Shown here piece after piece: positions 49,622 through 59,383 of a stretch of 64,000 nucleotides of DNA. A program made the translations under genes and the position numbers. Where the stretch lies: the NCBI GenBank assembly GCA_965219445.1, contig CBDCNQ010000004.1, positions 1-64,000 of the forward strand, in the 5' to 3' direction. Numbering within the stretch: the first letter of the stretch is position 1; each line of letters starts with the position of its first letter. Under the pieces are notes generated by a model, which saw only the letters and a list, made by a program, of their open reading frames with translations, was not told the origin of the DNA and searched no databases. The stretch comes from Longimicrobiales bacterium (GTDB lineage Bacteria > Gemmatimonadota > Gemmatimonadetes > Longimicrobiales > Gaopeijiaceae).

Positions 49622-50344
49622 TCAGTTCACCCCGTCCTGGGGATGCGCCTCGATCCATTCACGGGACAGCCTTTGGCCCTCGGCAATTTGCTCACGAGTC
49701 ATCAGCTGCTCAACGACATCCTTGTTCCCCCCCACAATATCATAGCCCTGGGCGGCGGAGAGATTGAACCACATATAGGCGAAGACTAGATCTTCCGGAA
49801 TACCTTTCCCCCGGCTATACATCGTTCCCAGGCTCCACTGGCCGAAAGCATCCCCCTGCTCAGCAGCGAGCCGATACCAGCGGACGGCTTCCGCGTCGTC
49901 CTCCGGGACGCTCCTACCTTCGTCGTACATCATCCCAAGTAGGCTCTGCATCTCAGCGACTCCCTGTTCGGCAGCTAGCCGAAACCAGCGAACGGCTTCC
50001 GTAGGGTCGGTGGTGACGCCCCACCCGTTGTAGTACATCTCTCCAAGCTTCGACTGGGCGAAAGCATCCCCCTGCTCACCAGCGAGCCGATACCAGCGCA
50101 CCGCTTCCGTATCGTCCTTCGGGACCCCACTGCCAGTGGCGTACCTCAATCCAAGCTTCGACTGGGCGTGAGCATGCCCCTGATCAGCGCAACGAATCAG
50201 ATCCTCGAACGGCGACGCGGAATCGACATTCGCGCAGGAAGGCAACTGAGCATCCTGCGCCGATCCGATGCCCAGGACGATGGAGAACGTGCCAACCACT
50301 GTGCCTATCAAGATGCCGAACGCGCCGTTACGACCCACCACCAT
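49622..50344 (-). CDS. Sel1-repeat protein
   Basis: Repeated EAVRWYRLAAEQG units. Confidence 0.9.
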   Translation of the reverse strand: MVVGRNGAFGILIGTVVGTFSIVLGIGSAQDAQLPSCANVDSASPFEDLIRCADQGHAHAQSKLGLRYATGSGVPKDDTEAVRWYRLAGEQGDAFAQSKLGEMYYNGWGVTTDPTEAVRWFRLAAEQGVAEMQSLLGMMYDEGRSVPEDDAEAVRWYRLAAEQGDAFGQWSLGTMYSRGKGIPEDLVFAYMWFNLSAAQGYDIVGGNKDVVEQLMTREQIAEGQRLSREWIEAHPQDGVN

Positions 50345-50577
50345 TCCGAGTCCTGAAGAGAGAGTCCTCGCGCTACGTCTCGCATACATCCTAAGCGGGA
50401 CTCCGCCCCTTCGCGAGTCCGCGTCCGGACACCACACGTCGGGAACGGTGGGGCACCCTGTGAACGAGGAGACGGGCGCCTTTATGTCCAGTAAGAAGCG
50501 ACGCACCCGGCAACACGGTGGCAGGATCATCGCTCGGCCCCGTAGTGCCCCCGCAGCACAATAACCCTAGAGTCTTG

Positions 50578-51594
50578 CTATCGGCTCGGAGTTGGGAAAC
50601 GAGCAATCCTGTCGCCGCCGGCGACGCCACCGACCCATATCTCGGCCCCGACCTGAATGGCGACGGTGCCAAGTATCAGGAGGTCATTCGAAGGGTAGCG
50701 GACTATTTCACTGGCCGTGAGGCTCTGCAGAGAAACCTGCGCAACCCGCGACGTCACCCCGTCGCACTGCCTCTGCCTGATGCATTCCCCGATGGCCGCC
50801 CGCGTTGGCCCGACATGACCGGCGGCAAACAACGTCTCGCCTGGGCCCCATCGGACGTTGTCGATATGAAACCCGACCTCCACGGCGTCTGTCTGGACCG
50901 GTGTACGTCCACGTGACAAGCGGATCAACGACTGGCTTCCATAGCCACCGACATAAAACCACCGACCGTCTCGAGAGATCTCCAGTCCGTTCGGACCGAT
51001 GCCCTCGCTGCCGGGCACCCGGCTCCACTCAGCGTCTGTACTCCATTCCCATACATCGCCCGTTCGTGGACTCGTCGCCGCGAAGCCACCCTCCGGAAGA
51101 GCGACCACGGAATTCAGGGCAAGCGCCTCCGGTGCCACGGCGCATCCCACCCAATTCAGGGTGGGGACCGCCCCGCCCAGATCGAGCTCGAAGACTTCGA
51201 TCGCTTCCCGATCCCCGTGGCCAACGACATACAAAGTGTGGCGCCCGTTTTCCCCGGCGCGCAGGTAGAGGCCGTGTGGCCTGAACTGCCTCGACACGGG
51301 GCCCGGGCACGCGCCATAGGTCACGGTGTCGTGTCGAGGTCGTGACGTGATGGTGGGAAAGAGGATGGTCGACGTGTAGTCACGGGTGTCCGCCAGATAG
51401 AGGTGTCCTTCATCGACCATGCTGGAGACGATGACCCAGGGGGACTGGGGGACGGGTGCGAGATCTTCCGGGCTGACCGGTCCACACAGAAACTGGACGT
51501 CGCCATCCGGCTCGCAGTCTTGCGCGTGTGCTGCGGCGGCGACCAGCCACAACATGCCAATCATGAAGGTGCCGATGACCGTCGGTGTCTTCAT
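50578..51594 (-). CDS. Paraoxonase/SMP-30-like beta-propeller protein
   Basis: PEDL, FRPHG, PNGL and IDNV motifs; signal peptide. Confidence 0.75.
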   Translation of the reverse strand: MKTPTVIGTFMIGMLWLVAAAAHAQDCEPDGDVQFLCGPVSPEDLAPVPQSPWVIVSSMVDEGHLYLADTRDYTSTILFPTITSRPRHDTVTYGACPGPVSRQFRPHGLYLRAGENGRHTLYVVGHGDREAIEVFELDLGGAVPTLNWVGCAVAPEALALNSVVALPEGGFAATSPRTGDVWEWSTDAEWSRVPGSEGIGPNGLEISRDGRWFYVGGYGSQSLIRLSRGRTPVQTDAVEVGFHIDNVRWGPGETLFAAGHVGPTRAAIGECIRQRQCDGVTSRVAQVSLQSLTASEIVRYPSNDLLILGTVAIQVGAEIWVGGVAGGDRIARFPTPSR

Positions 51595-51732
51595 AGCATC
51601 ATCCTCCACCAAGTCCGGTAGTGTCCACCTCATTCTCTCCTGCCCCGGGCAGATCCGCAACTGAGCCGGAGGGCAACACTCGGCTTGCCTCTGACCGTGC
51701 GGGATGCGGGTAGGCAATATGAAAGGGCTGGC

Positions 51733-51941
51733 GCAAGAGTATGATGAGGACCCGAGGCCAGCTTCGACGATGATCCTACTAATATTCGCCGATTAGGTGC
51801 GTGAGCACCCAGCGCGGCAGCAAGTCAGATACGTCTGGAGCTGGCTCATACTGAGGGGCCTGTGTTAGGCCCGGTTAGGGGCCATAACGGACATTGCCAC
51901 GAGCGTCCTCCTGTCGTGCCTCGGGTCCTCCGTTCTTCGTG
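51733..51941 (-). ncRNA. Putative seekRNA/bridge RNA region
   Basis: Contains matches to both target flanks and to the element end. Confidence 0.6.
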
Positions 51942-53072
51942 TTATGCGGCCGCCTCGAGCGCGGTCGCCTGTTCGATCTCGAGATCACGCATCACGGCCC
52001 AGATGAAGCCGACGAGCTCACGGGCGGCCGCGACTGCGGCGACCTGCGATGTTTTCCGGTTCGCGATGCGATGGTAGAGCTTGTACAGCCTATGCTGGGC
52101 CTTCCAGGCATGAGCAATCACGCCGGGCGGTTGGCCCGCTTGTCGCTTCTTGAGTTGGGCGCCGACGGCAGGTCGGAGCCTGTAGTGCCAGGCGGCTTGA
52201 ACGAGCACGTGACGACACCGACTGTTGCCGGCCTTGGTGATGGCCCCCCTCCGGCTCTGGTTACCGGAGGAGTGCTCCCTGGGCACGAGCCCGAGATAGG
52301 CCATGAGCTGGCCAGGTCGCTCGAAGCGCCGCCAGTCCCCGACCTCTGAGATCAGGATCATCGCCGAGAGCGTGCTGAGCCCACGGAAGCAGGAGAGTCG
52401 CTGGACCGGGGTCCGATAGGCATCGGAGAACGCGATCTCTTCGATCTGACAATCGAGATCGTCACGGCGACTGACCTTGTAGTCCATGAGCGCCAGATAC
52501 TCGCCGTAGACCGCCCGATCCTCTGGTTCAAGCCGGCCCTGGCGCAAGAGCCGCTCCAGCCACGCTCGATGCTCTTTTCCCCAACGTCCTCCTCGGAAAA
52601 CGAAGCCACGACGACTCAGGAACTTCAGAACGTGATGACGCGAGCGCAGGATCTCACGCTGAAAAGTCTGACGACACCGAACGAGGTCTCTCACTCGCTC
52701 CTCAGCCGGCGAGGGGATGCGGATCGGCACGAGCTCACCGGCCCGGTACAGACGAGCGAGCATGATGGCATCCCTCCGATCGTGCTTGCGCTGCTCGCCC
52801 GGACGAATCGGGGTCATGGAAGGTGCGATGATCTCGCAGCCATACTCCCACTCGGTGAGCTCGCGGTACAGGACGTATCCAGCTCCGCTGGCCTCGTAGC
52901 ACGTGCGGATTTCACCGCGCCCGGCCCATCGATCGAAGAACCGCTTGAGTTTGCGCAGATCGTTGGGCAGCTTCTGCACAACGGATGGCTCCTTGCTTGC
53001 TCCCTCGAAGACCGCCACGGTGATCGTGTCCTGGTGTACATCCATTCCAACGTAGATCGGTGGCTTTGACAT
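51942..53072 (-). CDS. IS110 DEDD transposase/recombinase
   Basis: YVGMDVH, CYEASG, KHDRRDA and GLVPREHSSG...ITKAGN motifs. Confidence 0.95.
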   Translation of the reverse strand: MSKPPIYVGMDVHQDTITVAVFEGASKEPSVVQKLPNDLRKLKRFFDRWAGRGEIRTCYEASGAGYVLYRELTEWEYGCEIIAPSMTPIRPGEQRKHDRRDAIMLARLYRAGELVPIRIPSPAEERVRDLVRCRQTFQREILRSRHHVLKFLSRRGFVFRGGRWGKEHRAWLERLLRQGRLEPEDRAVYGEYLALMDYKVSRRDDLDCQIEEIAFSDAYRTPVQRLSCFRGLSTLSAMILISEVGDWRRFERPGQLMAYLGLVPREHSSGNQSRRGAITKAGNSRCRHVLVQAAWHYRLRPAVGAQLKKRQAGQPPGVIAHAWKAQHRLYKLYHRIANRKTSQVAAVAAARELVGFIWAVMRDLEIEQATALEAAA

Positions 53073-53319
53073 GGGCTGGCTCTCCTTTTCCGCTGCGACC
53101 CTCTGTGTCGCATGTGGCCCTGGTGTGTGAACCCAATCGGTCCGCACTGACCCACGGTAAGCCGATTAGGTCGAGCCAGCCCTTTCATGTCTACTAATAT
53201 GAGGGGGGCTACTCGATGGGATACGTTTGGCACCGTCTGCGATATCGTGCTGGACCCGGCGCTCCTTGCAGGAAACCCAGAGGAGGTTGTGGGGCTTCTT
53301 GAGGAAGGGTAAGCCAAAG

Positions 53320-53517
53320 ATGGACACAATAAAAATGACGGCGATCATCACCTGTCCCGCCTGCGGGACGAGGACTGAGGCTGAGATCTCGGAAGGGGCG
53401 TGCCAATACTTCTGGGACTGCCCGGCTTGCAAGACGGTTCTACGACCGAAGCCGAGGGATTGTTGCGTGTTCTGCTCCTACGCGGACCGCCGCTGCGCGA
53501 CCGCACCGCCGACCTAA
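53320..53517 (+). CDS. GDCCVxC-family small Cys-rich protein
   Basis: ITCPACG...ACQYFWDCPAC...LRPKPRDCCVFCSY. Confidence 0.85.
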   Translation: MDTIKMTAIITCPACGTRTEAEISEGACQYFWDCPACKTVLRPKPRDCCVFCSYADRRCATAPPT

Positions 53518-53640
53518 ACTGTACCACCACCCGCCTCACCGTCTCACTCCAGAACGGCATCGTCGGCTCCCCTGCTCTGTCCGTCTCGACCCCGAACTCC
53601 TCGTGCTCCCGCATCATGCGCAGACACGCATTATTACCGC

Positions 53641-54111
53641 TTAGCTGTATTCCCGCTTAGTTCCTTGGAAATTATCATAAATCGCCCGGTGACGAGCCAA
53701 GCCATACTCGTCCTCACGTCGTTCATACTCCCGGACCCAACTGATCAAGTCCTCGAGCATCTTGTCCTGTTCTTCGGGCGACGTGAATTTGTCGGGTTCC
53801 CACGGACGTTTCCGGCAATTTTCGACACAAGCTGCGACACCAGGGTTTAGAAATCTCAGTTCGGTGCAGTGTGGTAACGCTGCCTCCACGAGTTCGCCAT
53901 AGCATCCTTCAAGCATCCATTCCGAGTGGCCCGATATTAACTGCGCTAAATCGTCGATGCTTTCTTCCAGTGGCCTGCGAACCGCAACGTCTGACCACGC
54001 AATCGAGTCAAGACGCGAAAGTGGTAGATCGCACTCGCGTTGAAGTTCGCGAGCCATCGTCGTCTTACCCGCACCAGCGTTTCCGTAAATAATGATCCGA
54101 CGCTTGCTCAT
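53641..54111 (-). CDS. P-loop kinase-like (FlaR/adenylate-kinase-like) protein
   Basis: GNAGAGKTT and WMLEGCY motifs. Confidence 0.8.
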   Translation of the reverse strand: MSKRRIIIYGNAGAGKTTMARELQRECDLPLSRLDSIAWSDVAVRRPLEESIDDLAQLISGHSEWMLEGCYGELVEAALPHCTELRFLNPGVAACVENCRKRPWEPDKFTSPEEQDKMLEDLISWVREYERREDEYGLARHRAIYDNFQGTKREYS

Positions 54112-54403
54112 GGCGATCTTATTGAATGCGTTCAAGCTAAGGATGGGACTGACGCGAGGCCGTTAGTTCTCCAGTTTGCCGACGATCACCACGCCTTCCA
54201 CGAAGACGCGAAGCCAGCGGATCTTAAAGGCTTTGCAGTTATGTTCAGGCTTCTGCGCCCATTTGTAAATCGTTGTTTTTCTCTTCAGCAAGGCGGGATC
54301 CGTCAAGGTCCGTCTTGCAGACCTTCGAGCCCGTTTCGCGGGGCTTTTCGGCCCGACCTTCCCATGGATCTTCCCATCCACAGCGCGGTTACGGAAGACA
54401 AGG

Positions 54404-56446
54404 TCAATTCTGTCCTCCGGCCCACGCCACCCGGAACCCGAAGCCGTCGCTCACTAAGACCGGAAAGAAGTTGTTGCGAAACGAACCGCGCAGGGCGACC
54501 GCACTGCTTTCGAAATCACCACCCCGCAACACGCGCGACGAGCCTGATTGGGCGCCCGTCGGGTCCAGGGCATCCGAAGCTTCGTAAGGACCGTACCAGT
54601 CCCGCATCCACTCCCAGACGTTCCCCGCGAGGTCGTGCACGCCTTCGGGCGTCGCCCCGTCGGGCCGTGACATCACGGGAATCGACGCCGTCTCTCCGCA
54701 GCCATCGACCTGCGCCAGTTGGCACGTCGGTGCTCGCTCGCCCCACGGGTACGTCCGACCCGCTGCCCCACGTGCCGCGAACTCCCACTGCGCTTCTGTT
54801 GGAAGGCTCCCACCGCGAGAACCGGCATAGTCCATGGCTTGCTGCCAGCTGACGGCTACAACGGGGTAGCGCTCCTGTCCGCTCGGGAACTGATGCCCGG
54901 CGTCGAAGCGGCGATACTCCTCGTTCGTCACCTCGTGCTCCTGAATCCAGAAGCCCGACATCGTCACACGGTGTACGGGCCGCTCGTCGTCGGCTCCGTC
55001 GTCGTTCCCCATCTGGAACGTCCCGCGCTCGATCCGGATGGGTCGGTTCAGCGGGTCGTCGGCTCCCGGCGGTGGAGTCGGATTTTCGAGGGCGGTCACC
55101 GTCACACCCACTTCGCGCTCGATCGTCCCACCTGTACCGGTCGCTACGAGTTGGTAGGTCTGGTCGCCGGTAGGCGTGACGCGGCGAGAGCCGCTCGCCG
55201 CGACCGTTCCGATGCCGGGCTCCAGCCTCACGCTCGTCGCGTTCGTCGTCGACCAGGTGAGCGTGGTCGCGCCCCCGCGCTCAATCGTGTTGGGCTGAGC
55301 GGTCAGGCTCGCTATAGGCGGATCGGGGACCGGTGCAGCGACGCTGATTCGCACCGACTGACGCGTTTCCCCGCCAGGTCCCGAAGCCACGAGGGCGTAA
55401 TTGACCGTCACGCGTGGAGAGACGTTCGTGTCACCGCTCAACGCGACCGGACCGCCGGGCTCCAGTTCCACACGATCCGCATCTGACGTGTTCCACGTCA
55501 GCGTGACCTCGTCGCCCTGCGTGACCGTGGTTCTGTCCGCGCTGAACTCTTCGATTGTTGGTGCGTCCGGCTCGACTGCGACGGTAATCTGGATCGGGTC
55601 ACGGGCCTCGCTACCCGCCCCGTAGGCCACCAGCACGTACTCCGTGTCCTGTTCCGGCGATAAGGCGGTAGAGCCGCTAGCGGCCACAGTTCCCTCATCA
55701 GGGAGTAGGTGGACACTGTCGGCCAATGACGTGCTCCAGGTCAAAGTGACCTCATCGCCTAGGGTGATCGAGGTCGCGCTGGCACGAAAGAGGCTGATCT
55801 GCGGTTCGACGGCCGCCTCCACCGGGGTCGTCGGGTTACTCGGTGTTGGCCCCGGGCTTGGGGACGGCCTGATTGGCCAACCCACAACCAAGGCGATCAT
55901 GCCACCTCCCACGATGGACATGGGCTTGACCCAGGCTCGGCGCTCCGGCGCCGTACCGTCTCGCTCCAAAACGGCAGCGTCCCCACTCGATCCGTCTCCA
56001 GCTCGAACTCCTGGTGCTCGCGGTGCCGATCCTGAAGCCGCTCCGCTCTGGCACTCCGTGCTGGACTCAGCTATGGAGACATCGCCGTCGACTACCGCGC
56101 CCTCATACAGCATGAGTCGCGGCGCGTGGAGGTCGCCGTGAACCACCGCCGAAGCCTGGATTTCCAACCTTTCTCGCGCGTCGACCGATCCATGCACCTC
56201 GCCGTTGAGGACCACTTCTCGAGCCTCCACACCGCCCTCCACCCGGCCGCCCTTCGTCACGATTACTTGGTCGTCGGCCAATACCGCGCCGAGGACAGTG
56301 CCCGCCACGCTCACGACCGAGGCGCTGTGCACGCTGCCAAGCACTCGCATATTGGCGGCGATCACCGATATGTCGAGGGGTCGCTGGTCCTCTTCTTGCC
56401 CGCCGATGAGGCCTAGGTGGGGCCGCAAGTCGTTGGTTTTCGTCAT
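54404..56446 (-). CDS. Bactofilin-TM-3x Ig/PKD-like-FGE/SUMF1 fusion protein
   Basis: N-terminal bactofilin-like beta-helix, one TM, three TLTW repeats, and DLAGNVWEW/RVLRGG/GFRV motifs. Confidence 0.8.
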   Translation of the reverse strand: MTKTNDLRPHLGLIGGQEEDQRPLDISVIAANMRVLGSVHSASVVSVAGTVLGAVLADDQVIVTKGGRVEGGVEAREVVLNGEVHGSVDARERLEIQASAVVHGDLHAPRLMLYEGAVVDGDVSIAESSTECQSGAASGSAPRAPGVRAGDGSSGDAAVLERDGTAPERRAWVKPMSIVGGGMIALVVGWPIRPSPSPGPTPSNPTTPVEAAVEPQISLFRASATSITLGDEVTLTWSTSLADSVHLLPDEGTVAASGSTALSPEQDTEYVLVAYGAGSEARDPIQITVAVEPDAPTIEEFSADRTTVTQGDEVTLTWNTSDADRVELEPGGPVALSGDTNVSPRVTVNYALVASGPGGETRQSVRISVAAPVPDPPIASLTAQPNTIERGGATTLTWSTTNATSVRLEPGIGTVAASGSRRVTPTGDQTYQLVATGTGGTIEREVGVTVTALENPTPPPGADDPLNRPIRIERGTFQMGNDDGADDERPVHRVTMSGFWIQEHEVTNEEYRRFDAGHQFPSGQERYPVVAVSWQQAMDYAGSRGGSLPTEAQWEFAARGAAGRTYPWGERAPTCQLAQVDGCGETASIPVMSRPDGATPEGVHDLAGNVWEWMRDWYGPYEASDALDPTGAQSGSSRVLRGGDFESSAVALRGSFRNNFFPVLVSDGFGFRVAWAGGQN

Positions 56447-56812
56447 GTGTCCGTCCGCACTACCGTAGATGGCCCCCCCGGCACGCAGCCGGTAGGGACA
56501 GTTCACTGCGCCGACGACTTCGTCACCATCGACCGTACCACAAACATCTTTTCGCGGGTCGGGAGGTGCAAGCAAAATCCCCTCAACTGTCGGGCATTCC
56601 GAAACCGGTCATCGTGGTGAGAACCCAGCACGCGAGCTGCGCCTCGGTGGCTGGCAGAGACGTATCGGGGCACTCGCAGTGCCCGCTTGATCATCGGGCG
56701 GGGGCAAAGAATCCCTTGGTTGACGGGTCTGGACCGCCCCCTCAAATTACCCTGATCCGGCAATGGGCCTTCCTTTTTTCCTATCCTTACTCGGGCTTGA
56801 GAAGGTGACACC

Positions 56813-58753
56813 ATGAGCAAGAGACTTAGTATTGCCCTCAGCGCGGCCCTCTCGATGTCGCTGCTAATCGCTGCGGATTCGTTCGCTCAAGTCACGCGCA
56901 TCGACCTGCACGTGGTGGAGTCACCCGCCCTCGACGGAGAAAGCTTCGGCCAGGTCGGACAGTACGAGTTCCTAAGGGGCGTCGTTTACGGCGAGGCCGA
57001 CCCCGCCGACCCACGACACCGTGAGATCGTGAATCTCGAGAATGCCCCCCGAAATTCTCGTGGGCGGGTTGAGTACAGTACGACGGTCGAGATCTACCGA
57101 CCGATCGACATGAGCCGGTGGAATAGGGCGATCTACCACACGGTCCCGAACCGCGGCAGAGCTAGAGCGGGTGAAGCTGCACTGCTCGAGATGGGCTTTG
57201 CGCTGGTGGGAGTCGGCTGGCAAGGAGACCTGTCGCCCACAGAGACGAACATCGTTCCCTTCCTGCCGGTCGCCAGGCAAGCGGATGGCTCACCGATCGT
57301 GGGACGGGTACTGGAGGAGCGCATCTTCAACAATGCGGACCCGGTCTCTAACGGTCGACTGACGTACAAGGCCGCGTCGCTGGATCCGCGCGATGCCACC
57401 CTGACGGTCCGTCGGAGCCAGACGGCTCCCCGAAAGACCCCGGATGATCTGAGGTGGAGTTACGTCGACTCTGGCGAGATCCGCATAGAACGCCCCGCCG
57501 GATTCGACGGCGGTGCGATCTACGAGTTCATCTACAACGCAAAGGACCCGATCGTCATGGGACTCGGGTTCGTGGCGATGCGGGATGCGATCTCGTTTCT
57601 CCGGTACGATGCGACGGACACGTTCGGAAGCACGAACCCACTCTCGTTCGACGGCCTGGCGAGCACCGCGATCTCCCTTGGCGTCTCACAGAGCGGGCGA
57701 TACCTGAGGGATTTCCTCTATCAGGGATTCAACGAGGACGTATCGGGCCGAATCGTCTTCGACGGCATGCATCCAGACATCGCCGGATCACGAAAGACCC
57801 TCACGAACTACGCGTTCAGTCAGCCCGGTCGTATGCAGGCGCAGCACGAGGATCACCTCTACCCGGGAGACCAGTTCCCCTTCACCTACGCGAGGCTCAC
57901 GGATCCGATTAGCGGACGAACGGACGGTCTCCTGGAGAAGTGCTCAGCCTCCAACACCTGCCCGAAGATCATTCACACCGATAGTGAGACCGAGATCTGG
58001 CAGGCACGCTCCTCCCTCGTGGTCACAGACGGGCTTGGACGCGACATCGAACTACCGGAGAGCGTGAAAGTTTACCTCGTCGCCGGTACTCAGCACGGAG
58101 GCGGCCCGGGTGTTCACGTGGCCACGCCGAGCCGGAGAAGCTGCGAGAATTTGATCAATCCACTGGGCTACCGGCAGATACGGCTTGCGCTGACCGTGGC
58201 CCTCTACGAGTGGATCGTCGAGGGAGTCGATCCTCCGGCGAGCCGCTTTCCCAGCGTAGCGGACGGTGGGCTCGTGCCCGCTGCTGACAACGGCTTTCCC
58301 CACATCCCGGGCGTGTTCTTCTCCGGAGGCTACAACCCCCTTCGCCTGCACGATCACGAGGCTGTGCCGCCGAAGCAGGGCGACCCGTATATGGTTCTGG
58401 TAGGAAGCGTAGACCGCGACGGAAACATGATCGACGGCATCCGGCATCCGAACCTGTCCGTTCCGATCGGGACGCACACAGGCTGGAATCTATGGCGGGA
58501 GGACTTGGCGGAAGGGGCGCTGTGCCGCACGACCGGCTCGTTCATTCCCTTTGCCACTGATCGAGCGGAGCGCGAGGCCATGGGAGACCCCCGGCCCTCA
58601 CTCAAGGAGCGGTATCCGGGGCACGAAGAGTATGTGAGCGCGGTGTCCGAGGCGGCGGAGGCCCTGGTTCGCGATCGGCTCCTACTCCCGCGGGACGCGG
58701 AGGAGATCGTTAAGCTAGCCCGAGGGAGCGAGATCGGCAGGGTAGGACGATAA
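56813..58753 (+). CDS. Secreted alpha/beta-hydrolase-domain protein
   Basis: GVSQSG nucleophile motif; signal peptide. Confidence 0.8.
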   Translation: MSKRLSIALSAALSMSLLIAADSFAQVTRIDLHVVESPALDGESFGQVGQYEFLRGVVYGEADPADPRHREIVNLENAPRNSRGRVEYSTTVEIYRPIDMSRWNRAIYHTVPNRGRARAGEAALLEMGFALVGVGWQGDLSPTETNIVPFLPVARQADGSPIVGRVLEERIFNNADPVSNGRLTYKAASLDPRDATLTVRRSQTAPRKTPDDLRWSYVDSGEIRIERPAGFDGGAIYEFIYNAKDPIVMGLGFVAMRDAISFLRYDATDTFGSTNPLSFDGLASTAISLGVSQSGRYLRDFLYQGFNEDVSGRIVFDGMHPDIAGSRKTLTNYAFSQPGRMQAQHEDHLYPGDQFPFTYARLTDPISGRTDGLLEKCSASNTCPKIIHTDSETEIWQARSSLVVTDGLGRDIELPESVKVYLVAGTQHGGGPGVHVATPSRRSCENLINPLGYRQIRLALTVALYEWIVEGVDPPASRFPSVADGGLVPAADNGFPHIPGVFFSGGYNPLRLHDHEAVPPKQGDPYMVLVGSVDRDGNMIDGIRHPNLSVPIGTHTGWNLWREDLAEGALCRTTGSFIPFATDRAEREAMGDPRPSLKERYPGHEEYVSAVSEAAEALVRDRLLLPRDAEEIVKLARGSEIGRVGR

Positions 58754-58989
58754 GGGCCCTCTAAGCCACGAGGACGCAAACAGCGTCCCCGGGCCAAATT
58801 TCCGAAGATGTGGATAACTCCGGAAAGCCTAGAGGCGCCGCCCGGATGGAGCTGCGGTTGCCTTCGGCAATCCTCGCTCGTCTCGGCGGTCGGCGCTGAG
58901 CCCGTATTACGGAGGGCGTTCTTCGCGCCTCGGCTCGAACCGACGGTTCGAACCCGGGCGGCGGCACCATGAGGGACTCCATCCAAAAG

Positions 58990-59061
58990 AGGCGCCGCCC
59001 GGATTCGAACCGGGGAATAAAGGCTTTGCAGGCCTCTGCCTTACCGCTTGGCTACGGCGCC
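58990..59061 (-). tRNA. tRNA-Cys(GCA)
   Basis: Cloverleaf with anticodon loop CTGCAAA and U73; CCA not encoded. Confidence 0.95.
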
Positions 59062-59110
59062 AAGAAAAGAGGGGCTGCGCGTCGTGAGTGACGGGCTCAC
59101 CCCTCTTCAA

Positions 59111-59183
<73 letters not shown>

Positions 59184-59383
59184 AAGAAAAAAGGTGTCCC
59201 GGATCCCTACCCAAACCTACTTAAAACGTTTCCGAAACACCCTTCATTTGTGCGCTGGAACCTAGAATGGGCCCATGAAATGTCAAGTTCCCACGGCCTC
59301 TTTTCCCCATTATGTTCCCCCGCCACATCCCTCGTCCTGGCCTGGGGCGGAGGAACGCTATAGCCGAAGGGAATCATTATCGA

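Larger units (their letters stand above)
51716..53195 (-). mobile_element. IS110-family, IS1111-type insertion sequence
   Basis: Perfect 14-bp subterminal inverted repeats at 51719-51732 and 53175-53188; 3' non-coding region. Confidence 0.85.

Noticed and set aside
58900..58970. Third tRNA on the plus strand ending in GGCACCA
   Set aside because: No D-arm or anticodon arm can be built; it is an inverted partial copy of the tRNA-Cys end.
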